Made by a program: the position numbers and the translations under genes. Below the pieces are notes generated by a model that had not been told where the DNA came from, did not search any database, and worked only from the letters and a program-made list of their open reading frames with translations. Source: a bacterium (lineage in GTDB: Bacteria; BMS3Abin14). From it: 30,895 bases of DNA. Numbering within the stretch: the stretch's first letter is position 1; each line of letters begins with the position of its first letter. The stretch is taken from positions 1 to 30,895 of the forward strand of contig JARGFV010000021.1 of NCBI GenBank assembly GCA_029210545.1, written 5' to 3'. Positions 1 through 7,590 of this stretch are shown here, piece after piece.

Positions 1-337
1 ACGCTCGCCACTCTCTAACTCGACGCTGGAAGGTCCGTAGTTGTCCTTCCTGATATTCGCCCGGATACTGTTCGCACAACCAATCGAAAAGAAACTTGCC
101 CTCCAACTCTGACGCGTCTTCCAATATATCCTCACACAGCCCCCAGTGCCGCTCAAAGGGATCCGAACGCGTTCTCCAGGTATGCTCTACTCGCATTTGC
201 GACGGCAACTTCCCTGACTTGAGATACTTGCGAGCTGTCTTAGGATCCAAATCCGATCGCAACGCGGCCTTCGACAGGTTCCCGGTCTTTTGATACTCCT
301 CCATTAACTTCCTCACTTTCCTGTCTGGCGTCATCAT
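1..337 (-). mobile_element. IS21-family transposase IstA-like, 5' portion only. The ORF starts at ATG 337 (or 334) and is open to the left window edge.
   Basis: Hand translation of the minus strand gives MMTPDRKVRKLMEEYQKTGNLSKAALRSDLDPKTARKYLKSGKLPSQMRVEHTWRTRSDPFERHWGLCEDILEDASELEGKFLFDWLCEQYPGEYQEGQLRTFQRRVREWRA, with no stop in 112 codons. An HTH is followed by a PF...I...L / LQRRVxxWR pattern typical of IstA N-termini. A strong SD (AAGGAGG) sits upstream. The frame is missing from the ORF track because it never reaches a stop. The overlapping track ORF 240..497 is a different frame. Confidence 0.5.
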
Positions 338-383
338 AAAAACTCATCCTCCTTAAAGGAGAGTCTTCAATAACGCCGGTCAT

Positions 384-425
384 TAGGGAAGTGTAATTGT
401 CGTCAGTAGGGAAGTATAATTGTCG
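384..425. repeat. Two 19-bp direct repeats, TAGGGAAGTGTAATTGTCG and TAGGGAAGTATAATTGTCG (1 mismatch, 4 bp apart). They lie just outside the istA start and are a candidate IS21-type multiple terminal repeat at the IS end.
   Basis: Read directly from the sequence. IS21-family ends carry multiple direct repeats that IstA binds. The exact IS terminus was not determined. Confidence 0.45.
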
Positions 426-557
426 CCGGGCAACTATGAAAAGAAACGCGCCGAAGGAAAGAAACACAATCAGGCGATTCGGGCACTGGGTCGTCATTTG
501 TGCCGCACAATCTTCAAAATGCTCAAGGAGGACAGGGAATACGAGATCAGGGATTAG
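420..557 (+). pseudogene. IS110-family transposase C-terminal remnant, start-less, ending at TAG 555-557.
   Basis: The frame translates ...LSPGNYEKKRAEGKKHNQAIRALGRHLCRTIFKMLKEDREYEIRD*. It matches the conserved IS110 C-terminus (K..AI.A.AR+L...I+.MLK....Y). The 5' part is replaced by the IS21 end, so this looks like a nested insertion. Confidence 0.5.
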
Positions 558-700
558 GGCGAAAATCGCTTGAAAATTCCAGCGGGATGTTCAGGCCGGG
601 AATTGAGCAATACCCCCCGACAATGTCAAGAATTGACAAGTTCCCCCTTTGATCCCGAAACTACAAAACGACAGGTGAAATCGTAGCTACGACATAGATC

Positions 701-1813
701 CTATTCGTCCTCTGGCCATAACAGGCGGTAGCTGACGTTCCTGCCGGCGCCAGGATTTTTTATCAGGACCCCCTTTTCGACCAGATCCGAAATGTCTCTT
801 TTTGCGGTCTCACGACTGACCCTGGTCATCCCCTTATATTTTCTGTTGGTCAGCCCTCCTTCAAAACCTTCCGGACCTGAATCAAGTAAGCGATTGACAA
901 CCTTTTTTTGACGTTCGTTAAATACTACGGCAGCCCACTGCTGCCAGAATCTTACTTTTTGCAGCGCGCCTCTTACCTCCCCCTCAGATCTCTGTATCGC
1001 TCTATTGAAACACTGTAGAAACCACAATAGCCAGCCCGTGATCTCTCCATCTCCCTTCTGAGTCTTTTCAAGCATGTCGTAATACTCATCGCGGTCAGCG
1101 TTTATTTGAGCGGACATGCTGTACATGCGAAAGTCCTTCCGTTCATCTTGAGCTAACGCCATATCGGTGATAGCTCGTGCAATGCGTCCATTGCCATCCT
1201 CAAAGGGATGAATTGACACAAACCAGATATGGGCCATCGCAGCACGCACAAGGCCATCCAGTTCGCTCGATGAATGCCACCACCTGAGGAACCGGTCTAT
1301 TTCCCCCTTGAGGCGAGCCGCGGGAGGAGCCTCGTAGTGAACACGCTCTTTCCCTACAGGGCCGGACACTACCCGCATCGGCTCTGATCCCTTGCGCCAA
1401 TCAGCCACAGGGATTTTGTTCATGCCGGAGTAGCCGGTCGGGAAAAGCGCCGCGTGCCATCCTTTGAGCCTTTTTGGCGTCAGTCTCTCATCGTGCCTGG
1501 TCGTGGCGTCAATGAGCATTTCAACCAGCCCGTCTACCTGCCTTTCCGCAGGCGGCAGGCCGGCGGTCGGCAATCCGAGTCGTCGCGCGACCGAGGATCG
1601 GACGGAGTTTCTGTCCAGCCTCTCTCCTTCTATGGCAGCGGTCGTGAACGCTTCCTCCGTCAAAACTTCCGCTTTCATCTCAAGACCAATGTAGTCAGCT
1701 TCTCCCAGGAGCCTTCCTTGTAATTGACGTGAGATGCCAAGCGGACGAAGGATGACGTCGCTTTTCCATCTCAAACCGGGCCAGTCCTTTGTTTGCCATA
1801 TGTATTGAACCAT
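701..1813 (-). CDS. Fic/Doc-family protein, class II Fic AMPylase-like with a C-terminal winged-HTH.
   Basis: The canonical Fic motif HPFEDGNGRIAR is present. An N-terminal inhibitory-helix motif TAAIEGE ((S/T)xxIEG) is also present. The C-terminal ~100 aa are HTH-like. The RBS is AAGGGGG 7 nt before the ATG. Confidence 0.9.
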   Translation of the reverse strand: MVQYIWQTKDWPGLRWKSDVILRPLGISRQLQGRLLGEADYIGLEMKAEVLTEEAFTTAAIEGERLDRNSVRSSVARRLGLPTAGLPPAERQVDGLVEMLIDATTRHDERLTPKRLKGWHAALFPTGYSGMNKIPVADWRKGSEPMRVVSGPVGKERVHYEAPPAARLKGEIDRFLRWWHSSSELDGLVRAAMAHIWFVSIHPFEDGNGRIARAITDMALAQDERKDFRMYSMSAQINADRDEYYDMLEKTQKGDGEITGWLLWFLQCFNRAIQRSEGEVRGALQKVRFWQQWAAVVFNERQKKVVNRLLDSGPEGFEGGLTNRKYKGMTRVSRETAKRDISDLVEKGVLIKNPGAGRNVSYRLLWPEDE

Positions 1814-1827
1814 TTATGCCCCCTTAT

Positions 1828-1949
1828 TGGGTCACATTTTGCCCCGGTAGCCTTGCACTAGTGGGTCACAAGTTGACCCAATTATATTACTTAAACGGGT
1901 CACTGTCTATAATGTTTTTTAAAGGGGAGCCCCCTCAGTGTCAGTGACC
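1828..1949. repeat. Cluster of GGGTCA(C)-containing palindromes, REP/BIME-like or operator-like. It includes TGGGTCAcaagtTGACCCA (1862-1880), half-sites at 1828-1836 and 1896-1905, GTCAGTGAC (1940-1948) and CCCCCTC...GAGGGGG.
   Basis: Read directly. A TATAAT on the minus strand (plus 1881-1886) lies immediately before the 19-bp palindrome. That places a candidate operator at the fic promoter and RBS. Confidence 0.5.
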
Positions 1950-1961
1950 GAGGGGGCAACC

Positions 1962-1992
1962 GTGGGGTCAGTTTCTCACCTTTCACACTTTT
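1962..1992. repeat. Left arm of a ~30-bp inverted repeat, GTGGGGTCAGTTTCTCACCTTTCACACTTTT.
   Basis: Its reverse complement recurs at 2229-2258 with a single 1-nt indel. The two arms bracket the RayT-like fragment. Confidence 0.8.
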
Positions 1993-2258
1993 CTTAATCT
2001 GAGGGTGATTCGGGAGATGTAGCCCGGCTGAAGTTGGAGGTATTCGCCGATCTCCCTCTGGGTATAGGTATCTGCAATGAAAGCATCGGAGCCTAAAAAG
2101 ATCTGATACTTCGCCTCTTTGAGTGGAGATTCTGATCCAATACCTGCTTTTTCCACCAGCCAGGATTTGTACCGACCCTGCAGTACAGGTCCTATACGTT
2201 GATATTTCCAGTTATCGTAAGAAATCTCAAAAGTGTGAAAGGTGAGAACTGACCCCAC
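1983..2258 (-). pseudogene. REP-associated tyrosine transposase (RayT / IS200-like, COG1943) internal fragment. The N-terminal catalytic part is missing.
   Basis: The fragment ...YDNWKYQRIGPVLQGRYKSWLVEKAGIGSE... matches the conserved Y..R.GHLFQGRYKAxLVE block of COG1943 transposases. It has a GTG 'start' inside the IR arm, the upstream frame closes after 12 codons, and no HxH or catalytic Tyr region is present. Confidence 0.45.
2229..2258. repeat. Right arm of the ~30-bp inverted repeat; partner of 1962-1992.
   Basis: The reverse complement of 2229-2258 is GTGGGGTCAGTTCTCACCTTTCACACTTTT, 29/30 identical to the left arm. Confidence 0.8.
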
Positions 2259-2530
2259 AGGAGTGCCTTGCCGCCTACGCCACAGACAGCGGGGTCAACA
2301 GGTATCCTGTCGGTGCCTACGGTTTTTCTCAACTTTCAACTGTCATCCCGAAAGCGAACCTGCCCGCCGCGGAGGAGCAATACAGGTTCCAGGCCGGCAC
2401 CTTCAGTTATTTCTGCGCCGATGGCGAATCCTATCTCATTAACGTCAAAGTCGACGACCGTGCCCTCGATCCCCTGGCCGCCACCCCCAACGGCATCACT
2501 CCGGACAGCTACGAAGCCTATGCGCGGTGA
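2246..2530 (+). pseudogene. Start-less 95-codon open frame with genome-typical GC3. Probably the 3' fragment of a gene disrupted by the adjacent REPtron-like element.
   Basis: The hand-translated frame (mod 3 = 2) reads ELTPQECLAAYATDSGVNRYPVGAYGFSQLSTVIPKANLPAAEEQYRFQAGTFSYFCADGESYLINVKVDDRALDPLAATPNGITPDSYEAYAR*. There is no ATG, GTG or TTG in frame, and it begins inside the right IR arm. The competing antisense ORF 2336..2668 has poorer codon bias. Confidence 0.3.
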
Positions 2531-2781
2531 ATAACGCGGCCCTTTCAAGGCAGCCATTCCACAACTGCCATGGGCTTCATGTCCGGCGTTGAGTCCCCGG
2601 ATCCCCTGGACTCTCAATCCCCAGCCAATCTTGCCGTCCCCTCGCTTCAAAAACCCTGTATCCTCCAAATATGCTAAAGTTGTAAAATATATTTTTTGAT
2701 CACGCCGTTGGCGTGACTTCCTCCTTCGCTGAAGCTACGGAGGACAAGCAGGGTCCCTCGGCCCAAAAGGAGGTTTCTGAC

Positions 2782-3684
2782 ATGCAGCTTGCTATGCTGG
2801 GCCTCGGGAGGATGGGGATGAACATGGCCCGCCGGCTCATGGGAGGCGGCCACGACGTGGTCGCGTACAACCGCTCCCGGGACAAGACGGACAAACTGGC
2901 CAGGGAAGGGGCGATCGCCGCCTACACCCTCGCCGAGGTTGTGGAGAAGCTCCTCCCCCCCAGGGCGGTCTGGATCATGCTGCCGGCCGGAAAACCGGTG
3001 GACGACACCATCACGGAACTCAAACCGCTGCTGGAACCCGGGGACATCGTCATCGACGGGGGCAACAGCTACTACAGGGACGACATCCGCCGGGCGGCTG
3101 AACTCGAACCGGCAGGTGTCTCCTACATCGATGCCGGGGTGTCCGGAGGGATCTGGGGCCTTGAGCTCGGGTACTGCACCATGGTGGGCGGACCGAGGGA
3201 GAAGTACGATCACCTCGAACCGTTCTTCAAGACCCTGGCGCCCGAAGACGGATACCTTTACTGCGGCGGCCCGGGCGCCGGCCATTTCGTCAAGATGGTC
3301 CACAACGGGATCGAGTACGGGATGATGCAGGCCTACGGAGAAGGGTTCGAGATCCTGGAAGCTTCTCCCTACGGCCCCGGGCTGGACTATTCGCAGGTGG
3401 CGCACCTGTGGAACCAGGGCAGCGTCATCCGTTCCTGGCTCCTGGAACTGGCCGAGGACGCCTTCGCGAAAGAAGCCCGCCTGGAAGATATCACCGGCCA
3501 CGTGGACGATTCAGGTGAGGGGCGCTGGACGGTGCAGCAGGCTCTTGATACTGCTGTCCCCGCCCCGGTGATCACGGCCTCCCTCTTCGCCCGGTTCCGC
3601 TCCCGGCAGGAAAGCTCCTTTTCCAACCGGGTCCTCGCGGCGCTGCGGAGGGAGTTCGGGGGGCACGGGGTGAAAAAGAAGTAA
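2782..3684 (+). CDS. gnd: 6-phosphogluconate dehydrogenase (decarboxylating), short ~300-aa Gnd/YqeC-like form.
   Basis: The N-terminus is MQLAMLGLGRMGMNMARRL, a GxGxMG Rossmann motif. The 6PGDH signature MVHNGIEYGMMQAYGEGF is present. The RBS AAAGGAGG lies 8 nt before ATG 2782; the track ORF starts earlier at 2713. Confidence 0.85.
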   Translation: MQLAMLGLGRMGMNMARRLMGGGHDVVAYNRSRDKTDKLAREGAIAAYTLAEVVEKLLPPRAVWIMLPAGKPVDDTITELKPLLEPGDIVIDGGNSYYRDDIRRAAELEPAGVSYIDAGVSGGIWGLELGYCTMVGGPREKYDHLEPFFKTLAPEDGYLYCGGPGAGHFVKMVHNGIEYGMMQAYGEGFEILEASPYGPGLDYSQVAHLWNQGSVIRSWLLELAEDAFAKEARLEDITGHVDDSGEGRWTVQQALDTAVPAPVITASLFARFRSRQESSFSNRVLAALRREFGGHGVKKK

Positions 3685-3864
3685 CGTATCGGGGTAACGG
3701 GGTATGGGAGTATCGGAGAGGAAGGGCATAGCCCAGGATATCTGGCAATGGATCGGTGGAACGGATTAACGGTGTATCGGAGAAGAAGCCTCGGGTTTTC
3801 ACCCCGACACACCAAAACCCCGACACTCCGACACTCCGACACCGACAAGACTGGAGATCACAGC

Positions 3865-5451
3865 ATGGCCAATCACAAAAAAACTGACATGCCACCTGGA
3901 ATCTCCAGTCTTGTGGAGGGCCATGCCACCATGGAAGCTCCCAATGTCTCGTGCCTGCTGAACCGGCCTGTTGATCCGTGCACGGTGGTGATCATCGGCG
4001 CCTCCGGAGATCTCACTGAAAGGAAGCTCATCCCCGCCCTTTACAGCCTTTTTGCCAGGGACGGGCTTCCGGACCCGTTCACCGTGGTCGGCTGCGGACG
4101 CACAGTCATGACCAGCGAACAGTTCCGCCGGAAGATGGAGCCGGCGATCCGGGAAAAGGACCCCGAAGTGGCCCGACGTGAGCAGTTCTCGTCCCGCCTG
4201 CACTACCGCTCTCTCGAATACGACTCGCCGGGATCGTACGCTGACCTGGCCGCGTTCCTTGATGATCTGGATGAAAGCAGCGGTACCGGCGGCAACCGGA
4301 TCTTCTACCTGGCCCTGCCCATGTTCCTTTACGGGATGACGGCAAAACTCCTCGGCGAAAGCGGCCTTTCCAGGCAGGGCGCAGAGGGTAAAGGATGGAC
4401 ACGCCTCGTGGTGGAAAAACCGTACGGCAGCGATCGCGCCTCAGCGGCGCGACTGGACAAGGTCGTCCATGAAAGCTTTGCCGAAAGCCAGGTCTTCCGC
4501 ATCGACCACTACCTTGCCAAGGAAACGGTGCAGAACATCCTGATGTTCCGGTTCGCCAATACCATCTTCGAACCGCTCTGGAACCGCGACCACATCGAAC
4601 ACGTGGATATCATCGCGTCCGAGACCCTTGGCGTGGAAAAGCGCGCGGGCTACTACGATAAGGCCGGAGTGCTGCGGGACATGTTCCAGAACCACATGCT
4701 GCAGCTCCTGGCCATGACCGCCATGGAGCCGCCCAACCGGTTCGAATCGGAGGCGGTCCACGACGAGAAGGTGAAGGTATTTCGATCCCTGCGCCCGTTC
4801 CCCGTGGACAACATCTTCGAGAACCTCGTCCTGGGGCAGTATGGCCCCGGAACGGTGGACGGCAAACCTGTCAGGGGATACCTGGAGGAGGAAGGCGTGG
4901 ACCCGGCCTCGACAACCCCGACCTACGGGATGATGCGGCTTTTCATCGACAACCCGCGATGGCAGGGTGTTCCGTTCCACCTCACGAGCGGCAAAAGGCT
5001 GGAAGGGAAACTCACCGAGATCGCCATCAGGTTCAGGGGGACTCCCTTGACAATGTTCGAAGATCTGCCGGGGGGGGAACCGTCCTCTGCCAACGTTCTT
5101 ACCATGGGCATCCAGCCGAGGGAGCACATCACGCTGACGTTTAACACAAAAAGCCCGGGAGCCAGGACCTGCCTGAGAACGGTCAGGATGGATTTCGATT
5201 ACCTGCAGGGTTACACCGGGCCGCACCTGGAGGCCTATGAAAAGGCCCTCCTGGACTGTTTGAACGGCGACCAGATGCTGTTCTGGAGGCAGGACGGGAT
5301 CGACCTGGCCTGGGGTTTCATGGAGCCGATCCTCCATATGTGCGAGACGTGCCGCGAAAAGGAGCGGCTGCTCCACGCCTACGAGGCGGGTTCCTGGGGC
5401 CCGAAAGCGGCCGCAGAATTGAAGGGGTTGATGCTGAAGCAGTGCAAATAG
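3865..5451 (+). CDS. zwf: Glucose-6-phosphate 1-dehydrogenase.
   Basis: The NADP-binding motif VIIGASGDLTERKLIPALYSL and the active-site motif RIDHYLAKE are both present. ATG 3865 has a GGAGA RBS; the track ORF opens at 3748. Confidence 0.9.
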   Translation: MANHKKTDMPPGISSLVEGHATMEAPNVSCLLNRPVDPCTVVIIGASGDLTERKLIPALYSLFARDGLPDPFTVVGCGRTVMTSEQFRRKMEPAIREKDPEVARREQFSSRLHYRSLEYDSPGSYADLAAFLDDLDESSGTGGNRIFYLALPMFLYGMTAKLLGESGLSRQGAEGKGWTRLVVEKPYGSDRASAARLDKVVHESFAESQVFRIDHYLAKETVQNILMFRFANTIFEPLWNRDHIEHVDIIASETLGVEKRAGYYDKAGVLRDMFQNHMLQLLAMTAMEPPNRFESEAVHDEKVKVFRSLRPFPVDNIFENLVLGQYGPGTVDGKPVRGYLEEEGVDPASTTPTYGMMRLFIDNPRWQGVPFHLTSGKRLEGKLTEIAIRFRGTPLTMFEDLPGGEPSSANVLTMGIQPREHITLTFNTKSPGARTCLRTVRMDFDYLQGYTGPHLEAYEKALLDCLNGDQMLFWRQDGIDLAWGFMEPILHMCETCREKERLLHAYEAGSWGPKAAAELKGLMLKQCK

Positions 5452-5608
5452 AACAGAAAACAGGAATCAGAATTGACAAACCGGTACTGCACAACTGCAG
5501 CACTTTGTCCTCCATGTAACAATCCGTAAATTCCCATTTATTCGAGATCCTGCTCTTGTCAGCCAGGCCGGTACAAGCTCTTTTCCCCAGTCCAGGAATG
5601 TCGCCAGG

Positions 5609-5634
5609 TAAAAAGCCGGAGCGAATGCTCCGGC
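5609..5634 (-). terminator. Rho-independent terminator for the minus-strand gene ending at 5686.
   Basis: The stem GCCGGAGC-gaat-GCTCCGGC is followed on the minus strand by TTTTTA. The plus strand lacks a T-run after the stem. Confidence 0.5.
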
Positions 5635-5646
5635 CAGAGGTTCCTC

Positions 5647-5695
5647 CTGATTTCTGATTACTGATTTCTGATTACTGATTACTGATTACTGATCA
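5647..5695. repeat. Seven tandem heptamers: CTGATTT, CTGATTA, CTGATTT, CTGATTA x3, CTGATCA.
   Basis: Read directly. The array overlaps the last three codons and the stop of the 5686..6492 gene. On the mRNA it gives UAAUCAG repeats, which put stop codons in all three frames. Confidence 0.85.
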
Positions 5696-6492
5696 ATATA
5701 GGGAGCCAGTATCGCCGAGTATTTCAGGTCCTCATTATCCTGCCGGGCGGTGACAGATGCGAGGAACCGGCGCATGTCCAGGCTGACCTTGCCGGGCACG
5801 AGTTCCCCGACCAGTTCCTTATAGCGGATAGTTTCCTCTTCGGTGGCCTGTTTTTCCAGGATCTCCCAGACAGACTCGTAGGCGATGGAAGGCGCCCTTT
5901 CGTCATGGGGATGGGCATAGGCCTCCTCGAGCATGAGGTCGAAGAGAATCCATATGGAGCCCCGCCGCTTGCCCTGGAGGAGCTCCGCCAGGGATCTGAA
6001 GCGGCTGTAGGACCGTTCCATGACCAGGAATCGCATTATCCTCCACATCGCCACCAGGATGTCGTCCTCCGGGACACCGAGGATCACCGATGTGAAATCA
6101 TCGGGGCAGGTGTAATCCTCAGCGGAGCCGGTGGAGGGCAGCGGCACCCGTCCCCCATATCCTTTCCCCCGGCCGTCTTCCCGCAGTTCATCGGCCTCCT
6201 TGAGGATCTCACCTCCATCCACTTCCGGGGCGCTCCACTCCGCTACTTCAATCTGCTTGCGATCGATGGGTGTCGTGTGTTCGATGGCGCGCAGGTCCAT
6301 CTCTTCGGCAAGTTTCCGGTGCCGGATATAAAGCTGTCCCCTCCGTCCGTTGTAACGGAACGCGTCTGGATGCTCCAACGTGTCGCCCTTCTCCGAGGAA
6401 AGGGATTCGAACAGCTTGTGGAGAAAATCGTGCTCCACTGCGAGCAGGCCGTCACTGAGGAACTTGGGGTGGACAAGATGGACTTTTGGCAT
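5686..6492 (-). CDS. Hypothetical protein, 268 aa, soluble and acidic. No family recognised.
   Basis: It is a long ORF with good codon bias. ATG 6492 (MPKVHLVHPKF...) has a GGAG 6 nt upstream; the track ORF opens at a GTG at 6540. The terminator lies downstream. Confidence 0.6.
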   Translation of the reverse strand: MPKVHLVHPKFLSDGLLAVEHDFLHKLFESLSSEKGDTLEHPDAFRYNGRRGQLYIRHRKLAEEMDLRAIEHTTPIDRKQIEVAEWSAPEVDGGEILKEADELREDGRGKGYGGRVPLPSTGSAEDYTCPDDFTSVILGVPEDDILVAMWRIMRFLVMERSYSRFRSLAELLQGKRRGSIWILFDLMLEEAYAHPHDERAPSIAYESVWEILEKQATEEETIRYKELVGELVPGKVSLDMRRFLASVTARQDNEDLKYSAILAPYIDQ

Positions 6493-6608
6493 GGGAACTC
6501 CAGTTTCAGGTTTCAGGTTGCAGGAAAGAGATTGTAACACAAAGATCTTTTCTCCGCGTCTCCGCGTCTCGGCGTCACCGTGTCAGGTGATCCGCCGCGG
6601 CGCGGCGG

Positions 6609-7352
6609 CTACCGTCGTCTTCCCCTCGGCCTCCTCGGACCGGGACGGACAGTGACGCTCCCGTCCTGACGGGAACCGCCCTCACCCTGGCTTTTCGAGT
6701 CTGTCACCTGCCCGAGGCTCTCCTTCTGGAACCTGAGGCCTTCTTTCTGCTTTTCGAGCCAGTCGTCGGTCTTCCCGCCGCCCGGTTCCTTCCCCGCGAA
6801 TTTTTCTTTTCCCCTGGGTCCCTTACCCGGCTTGGCCCGGCTGTCGCTCCTGGCGCGGTCCTCGGAAGGACGGGTCCCTTCCCGGGCCATGCTGTCATCC
6901 CCGGAGGGAGCACCCGACCGGACCAGCAGGAAGATCCCGACAAGGACGAGAAACACCCCGGCGCCCGAGTACAGGGTTTCCGGCCCGGCCAGGTCGGCCG
7001 CCATTACCCTGCCCATGAACGCCAGGGGCAGGATGACGGCGACGAAAGTCAGGACCTTGACCCTGAACTGGAAAAGGTTCCTCACCTGCATCCACTGTGG
7101 GACCGGCGGTTCGGCAACGAACAGGGAGCAGATGGCCGAAGCCAGGAAATAGAGGAAAGCGGCCCGGATGAAGTAGGGAATCACTTCGGCTCCGCTGCCG
7201 GGCCGCATCGTAAAACCGGACCCGGCGGCCAGGCTCACGACCTCCATCACCCCGCGGCCGAGGGAACCGAGGGCCAGAACAGCCAGGGCCAGGGCCGCGA
7301 CCATGAAAAAGTACCTGATGCCTGCGATAAACGAGGTGAAAAGCTGTATCAT
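6609..7352 (-). CDS. Hypothetical integral membrane protein (~4 TM helices) with a Lys/Arg/Gly/Glu-rich disordered C-terminal tail.
   Basis: There are hydrophobic segments at the N-terminus, FLYFLASAICSLFV, LTFVAVILPLAF and GVFLVLVGIFLLV. The C-terminus is charged and low-complexity (KPGKGPRGKEKFAGKEPGGGK...). It is co-directional with neighbouring genes. Confidence 0.55.
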   Translation of the reverse strand: MIQLFTSFIAGIRYFFMVAALALAVLALGSLGRGVMEVVSLAAGSGFTMRPGSGAEVIPYFIRAAFLYFLASAICSLFVAEPPVPQWMQVRNLFQFRVKVLTFVAVILPLAFMGRVMAADLAGPETLYSGAGVFLVLVGIFLLVRSGAPSGDDSMAREGTRPSEDRARSDSRAKPGKGPRGKEKFAGKEPGGGKTDDWLEKQKEGLRFQKESLGQVTDSKSQGEGGSRQDGSVTVRPGPRRPRGRRR

Positions 7353-7590
7353 TCCGGTGTATCCCTCCTGTAGGTTTAATAGAGCCAGGACTCTGTCGGA
7401 CTATCCGTTTCAGACTCCTGGGTACTATGAGCTATGAACTAAGTTTGACAGGTTCGCAAAAAGTCCAAGCGTAACTTATCGCGAGTCCATCAAGTTTGAA
7501 CCCTTAGCTCGTAGCACCAGGTTCTTGGTTCCCTGCCCTGAGCAAGCCACAGGCCCTGAGCCTGGTCGAAGGGCGGAGCGCGTCGAAAGG

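Noticed and set aside
96-293. 65-aa plus-strand ORF.
   Set aside because: It is antisense to the IstA-like frame. It is Ser-rich low complexity with no SD.
240-497. Track ORF (85 aa) on the minus strand overlapping the window-edge region.
   Set aside because: It is a different frame from the IstA-like reading, which has an SD and a recognisable transposase N-terminus. This frame has no recognisable features and its 3' half overlaps the IS-end repeats.
2336-2668. 110-aa minus-strand ORF between the RayT fragment and gnd.
   Set aside because: It has poor codon bias. It overlaps the better-looking start-less plus frame at 2246-2530, and no SD is present.
2674-3501. 275-aa minus-strand ORF.
   Set aside because: It is fully antisense to gnd. 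It has the typical high-GC antisense ORF composition (Gly/Arg/Pro/Val-rich).
4441-5376. 311-aa minus-strand ORF.
   Set aside because: It is antisense to zwf.
5647-5695. CRISPR array: heptamer and other tandem repeats here and at 3796-3845, 22125-22162 and 9400-9470.
   Set aside because: The units are 7-14 nt with no spacers. None resembles a repeat-spacer architecture and no cas genes are present.
5905-6537. 210-aa plus-strand ORF.
   Set aside because: It is antisense to the 5686-6492 gene. The chosen minus frame has an SD and a terminator.
7353-7590. Possible tRNA or ncRNA in the 238-bp stomatin-to-membrane-protein spacer.
   Set aside because: No cloverleaf can be formed and there is no GTTCGAATCC-type T-arm. 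The region has only weak stems. It was left unannotated.
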